DNA of 63,555 nucleotides, filler included, from Halorussus marinus (GTDB taxonomy: Archaea; Halobacteriota; Halobacteria; Halobacteriales; Haladaptataceae), in assembly GCF_004765795.1 (NCBI RefSeq). It is 4 parts of 4 records of this genome, joined end to end, with 100 filler letters (N's around TTAATTAATTAA, not from the genome) between each part and the next. Parts side by side here need not be neighbours in the genome. Positions count along the whole stretch, not along the records: positions 55,339 to 63,555 come from NZ_SBIV01000021.1; 3 more parts are not named here. One strand, given 5' to 3'. Shown here piece after piece: positions 61,495 to 63,555 of this stretch. The position numbers were made by a program, and so were the translations under genes. Below the pieces are notes generated by a model. It did not search any database. It saw only the letters and a program-made list of their open reading frames with translations, and was not told the origin of the DNA. Positions within the stretch are counted from its first letter, which is position 1. Every line of letters begins with the position of its first letter.

Positions 61495-62180
61495 GCGACG
61501 CGACCCTCGACACGTTTACCGCCGACGACGACGGCGACGACGTCGAGGATGACTCGGGGAGCCGGAGTCGCGTCGACGAGCTGCGCACCGAGTACGAGCC
61601 CCGCATCCGGTCGGGGCTTGCGAGCCTTCGCGACGAGATCGAGACGCGGGCCGGGCAGGCACGCGAGACGTGGCGCGCTGAGTACGAGCCCCGCATCCGG
61701 GCGGCCCTTAGCGACGCCGAGGACTGGCTCGACGAGCGGTACGCCGACGCGAGCGAACGCCGGACGCGGTTCTATCAGGGACTGGTCGCGCTGGGGCTGG
61801 TGGTGGCGTGGACGGTCGGGAAACCGGCCATCTACGGCTGGCTCGATACTGTTGCGGTCATCGTGACGGTCGGGCCGTTCCTCTGGTTCGCGACCGAGTC
61901 AGAGATGTGGTCGCGACTGGCCGAGCTTACGGCGCTGATCGCGGTGAGCCTGCTGGCCGCGATCCTCGCAAAGGCGACTATCTTTCCGTGGCGCTCAGTC
62001 GAGGCGTTCGTCACCGAGACCGTCGTCGGGCGAGCGATCGGTGTGACGTTCGGAACGGCCGTCAACGCGGCGCTCGCGCTGTTCGGGGCGGCGGCGCTGT
62101 TCTGGCTGTTGAAGGCCTACGAGTACCGCCGGACGAGTCCCGAGGACCGCGTGCTGACCGACGGGAGTGGTGAGCAGTGA
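61491..62180 (+). CDS. Membrane protein with acidic/helical N-terminus and about four TM segments
   Basis: GTGA-coupled; duplicated EYEPRIR (21-bp direct repeat at 61590 and 61680). Confidence 0.7.
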   Translation: MSDATLDTFTADDDGDDVEDDSGSRSRVDELRTEYEPRIRSGLASLRDEIETRAGQARETWRAEYEPRIRAALSDAEDWLDERYADASERRTRFYQGLVALGLVVAWTVGKPAIYGWLDTVAVIVTVGPFLWFATESEMWSRLAELTALIAVSLLAAILAKATIFPWRSVEAFVTETVVGRAIGVTFGTAVNAALALFGAAALFWLLKAYEYRRTSPEDRVLTDGSGEQ

Positions 62181-63555
62181 GCCAGACGGTCCAGCCCGAG
62201 GACGTCGACGAATCGCTCCCGAAGCCAGTGCTGTCGGTCGGAGACGAGCGCGCGGAGCATCTCGGGGAGACCATCACGGTCCGCGGGCAGGTCGTGAAGC
62301 GGTCGAGCGTCCGGCCGAAGGTGACCACGGCCGCGTTTGAATGCCGTCGGTGCGGGCACCTGGAGCGCATCGAGCAGGGGTACGGCGACATCGACCAGCC
62401 GGCAGTCTGCCCGGGCTGTGAACTCAAGCGGGTGCGGTGGCGATTCCGAAAGGACTGCTCGGAGTGGACGGACTTCCAGAAGCTCCGGCTCCAGCAGTTG
62501 CCCGAGGAGATGACCAACGGTGAGACGGAGTCGATGGACGTCTTCTTGACTGACGAGCTCGCACGCCGCGGGCTCGAAAGCGGGCGGTGCGTCTCGCTGA
62601 TCGCGGAGTACCTCCCGCTCCAGGATGGCGGGTCGACGGTGTTCGACAAGGCGTTCGACGCCGAGGATGTCCTCGTCGAGGACACCGATCCGGGGGAGTT
62701 CGACGTCGAGCCGTACCGGGAGGTCATCGACGCGGTCGCGAGCCGCGACGACCCGGTGGACGTGCTGGTTGAGTCGGTCGCACCGAGCCATCTCGGCGAT
62801 CGTCACATCAAGGAGGCGCTGATCTGCCAGCTGGTTAGGGCGAATGCCCCGACGGGCGCCGACGGGAAGGACTACCGTGGGCAGATTCACATGTTCCTGC
62901 TGGGTGACCCGGGCGCGGGCAAGACCGACTTCGGGGAGGCGCTGGTGCGGCTCGCGCCGCGTTCGCAGAAGTCGAGCGGGAACGAGGGGACGTCGGCGGC
63001 CGGATTGACGGCGGCGATCACTCGCGACGATTTCTCGAACGCGGAGTTCACGGTGACGGCCGGCGCGATCCCAAAATGTTCGGGCGGGGCGCTGTTCCTG
63101 GACGAGCTCGACAGCGCTGGCGATCAGGAGCAGAACGCGCTGCTGGAGGCGATGGAGTCGGGCGTAATCAACATCGAGAAGGCCGGGCAGAAGGCGACGC
63201 TGGAGGCCGAGACGGCGATCCTCGCGGCGGGGAACCCCGAGAATGGTCACTTCGATCCGGAGCGGTCGCCCGCGGAGCAGACGAACGTGCTGTCACCGCT
63301 GCTCGACCGGTTCGACCTGATCTTCTGTCCCGAGGAGAAGACCGATCCGGACGCGGTCGAGGCGATCGCGGACCACATCACCGCTGGACGTGACGCTGCG
63401 CAACGCCGGGAGATCGACAAGAACGTCCCCGAGTCGGCGGACGCGGTTGAGCCGGAGCTGTCGACCGAGGAACTCCGGGCGTACTTGGCGGCGGCGCGGG
63501 AGAAACGGCCGGTGTTCGGGAGCGACGAGGTACGCCAGACGCTCCGGGACTGGTA
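62177..63555 (+). CDS. mcm: MCM helicase (runs off window; absent from the ORF track)
   Basis: Own translation: VRGQVVKRSSVRPK, ECRRCG..CPGC Zn finger, DFQKLRLQQLPE, RGQIHMFLLGDPGAGKT, SAAGLTAA, FLDELD, LLEAME..IEKAG, AAGNP, LLDRFDL. Confidence 0.93.
   Translation, partial: MSQTVQPEDVDESLPKPVLSVGDERAEHLGETITVRGQVVKRSSVRPKVTTAAFECRRCGHLERIEQGYGDIDQPAVCPGCELKRVRWRFRKDCSEWTDFQKLRLQQLPEEMTNGETESMDVFLTDELARRGLESGRCVSLIAEYLPLQDGGSTVFDKAFDAEDVLVEDTDPGEFDVEPYREVIDAVASRDDPVDVLVESVAPSHLGDRHIKEALICQLVRANAPTGADGKDYRGQIHMFLLGDPGAGKTDFGEALVRLAPRSQKSSGNEGTSAAGLTAAITRDDFSNAEFTVTAGAIPKCSGGALFLDELDSAGDQEQNALLEAMESGVINIEKAGQKATLEAETAILAAGNPENGHFDPERSPAEQTNVLSPLLDRFDLIFCPEEKTDPDAVEAIADHITAGRDAAQRREIDKNVPESADAVEPELSTEELRAYLAAAREKRPVFGSDEVRQTLRDW

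Overview
Haloarchaeal (Halobacteria) accessory DNA, judged from the acidic proteins, Tat-lipoprotein, Orc1/Cdc6 and halophile IS families. It is four draft contigs joined by artificial N-TTAATTAATTAA-N spacers: 1-20806, 20907-39333, 39434-55238 and 55339-63555. Matching IS target-site duplications show that the first three are one locus in the order contig3(rc)-contig1-contig2(rc). That locus is a lower-GC, IS-riddled catabolic island. It holds a Dpp-type ABC transporter, six FAD-dependent amine oxidase/dehydrogenase paralogues, a TynB/OCD-like protein, RidA, ETF, an acyl-CoA ligase, a crotonase, haloarchaeal malate synthase AceB, two IclR regulators and an rdfA-sph pair. One side is an Orc1/Cdc6 origin with a VapBC-like pair. 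The other side is a plasmid-like backbone: coupled small ORFs, a RepH-like protein, a second VapBC-like pair, ParA with hexamer arrays and an integrase. Contig 4 is a GC-rich virus/plasmid-like operon. It has a P-loop ATPase resembling the pleolipovirus NTPase, a palindrome-rich Arg-rich ORF, a 1183-aa membrane-anchored surface protein with a nested 5+5 repeat stalk around a low-GC tip, two membrane proteins and an N-terminally shortened MCM helicase. No rRNA, tRNA or CRISPR array was seen.
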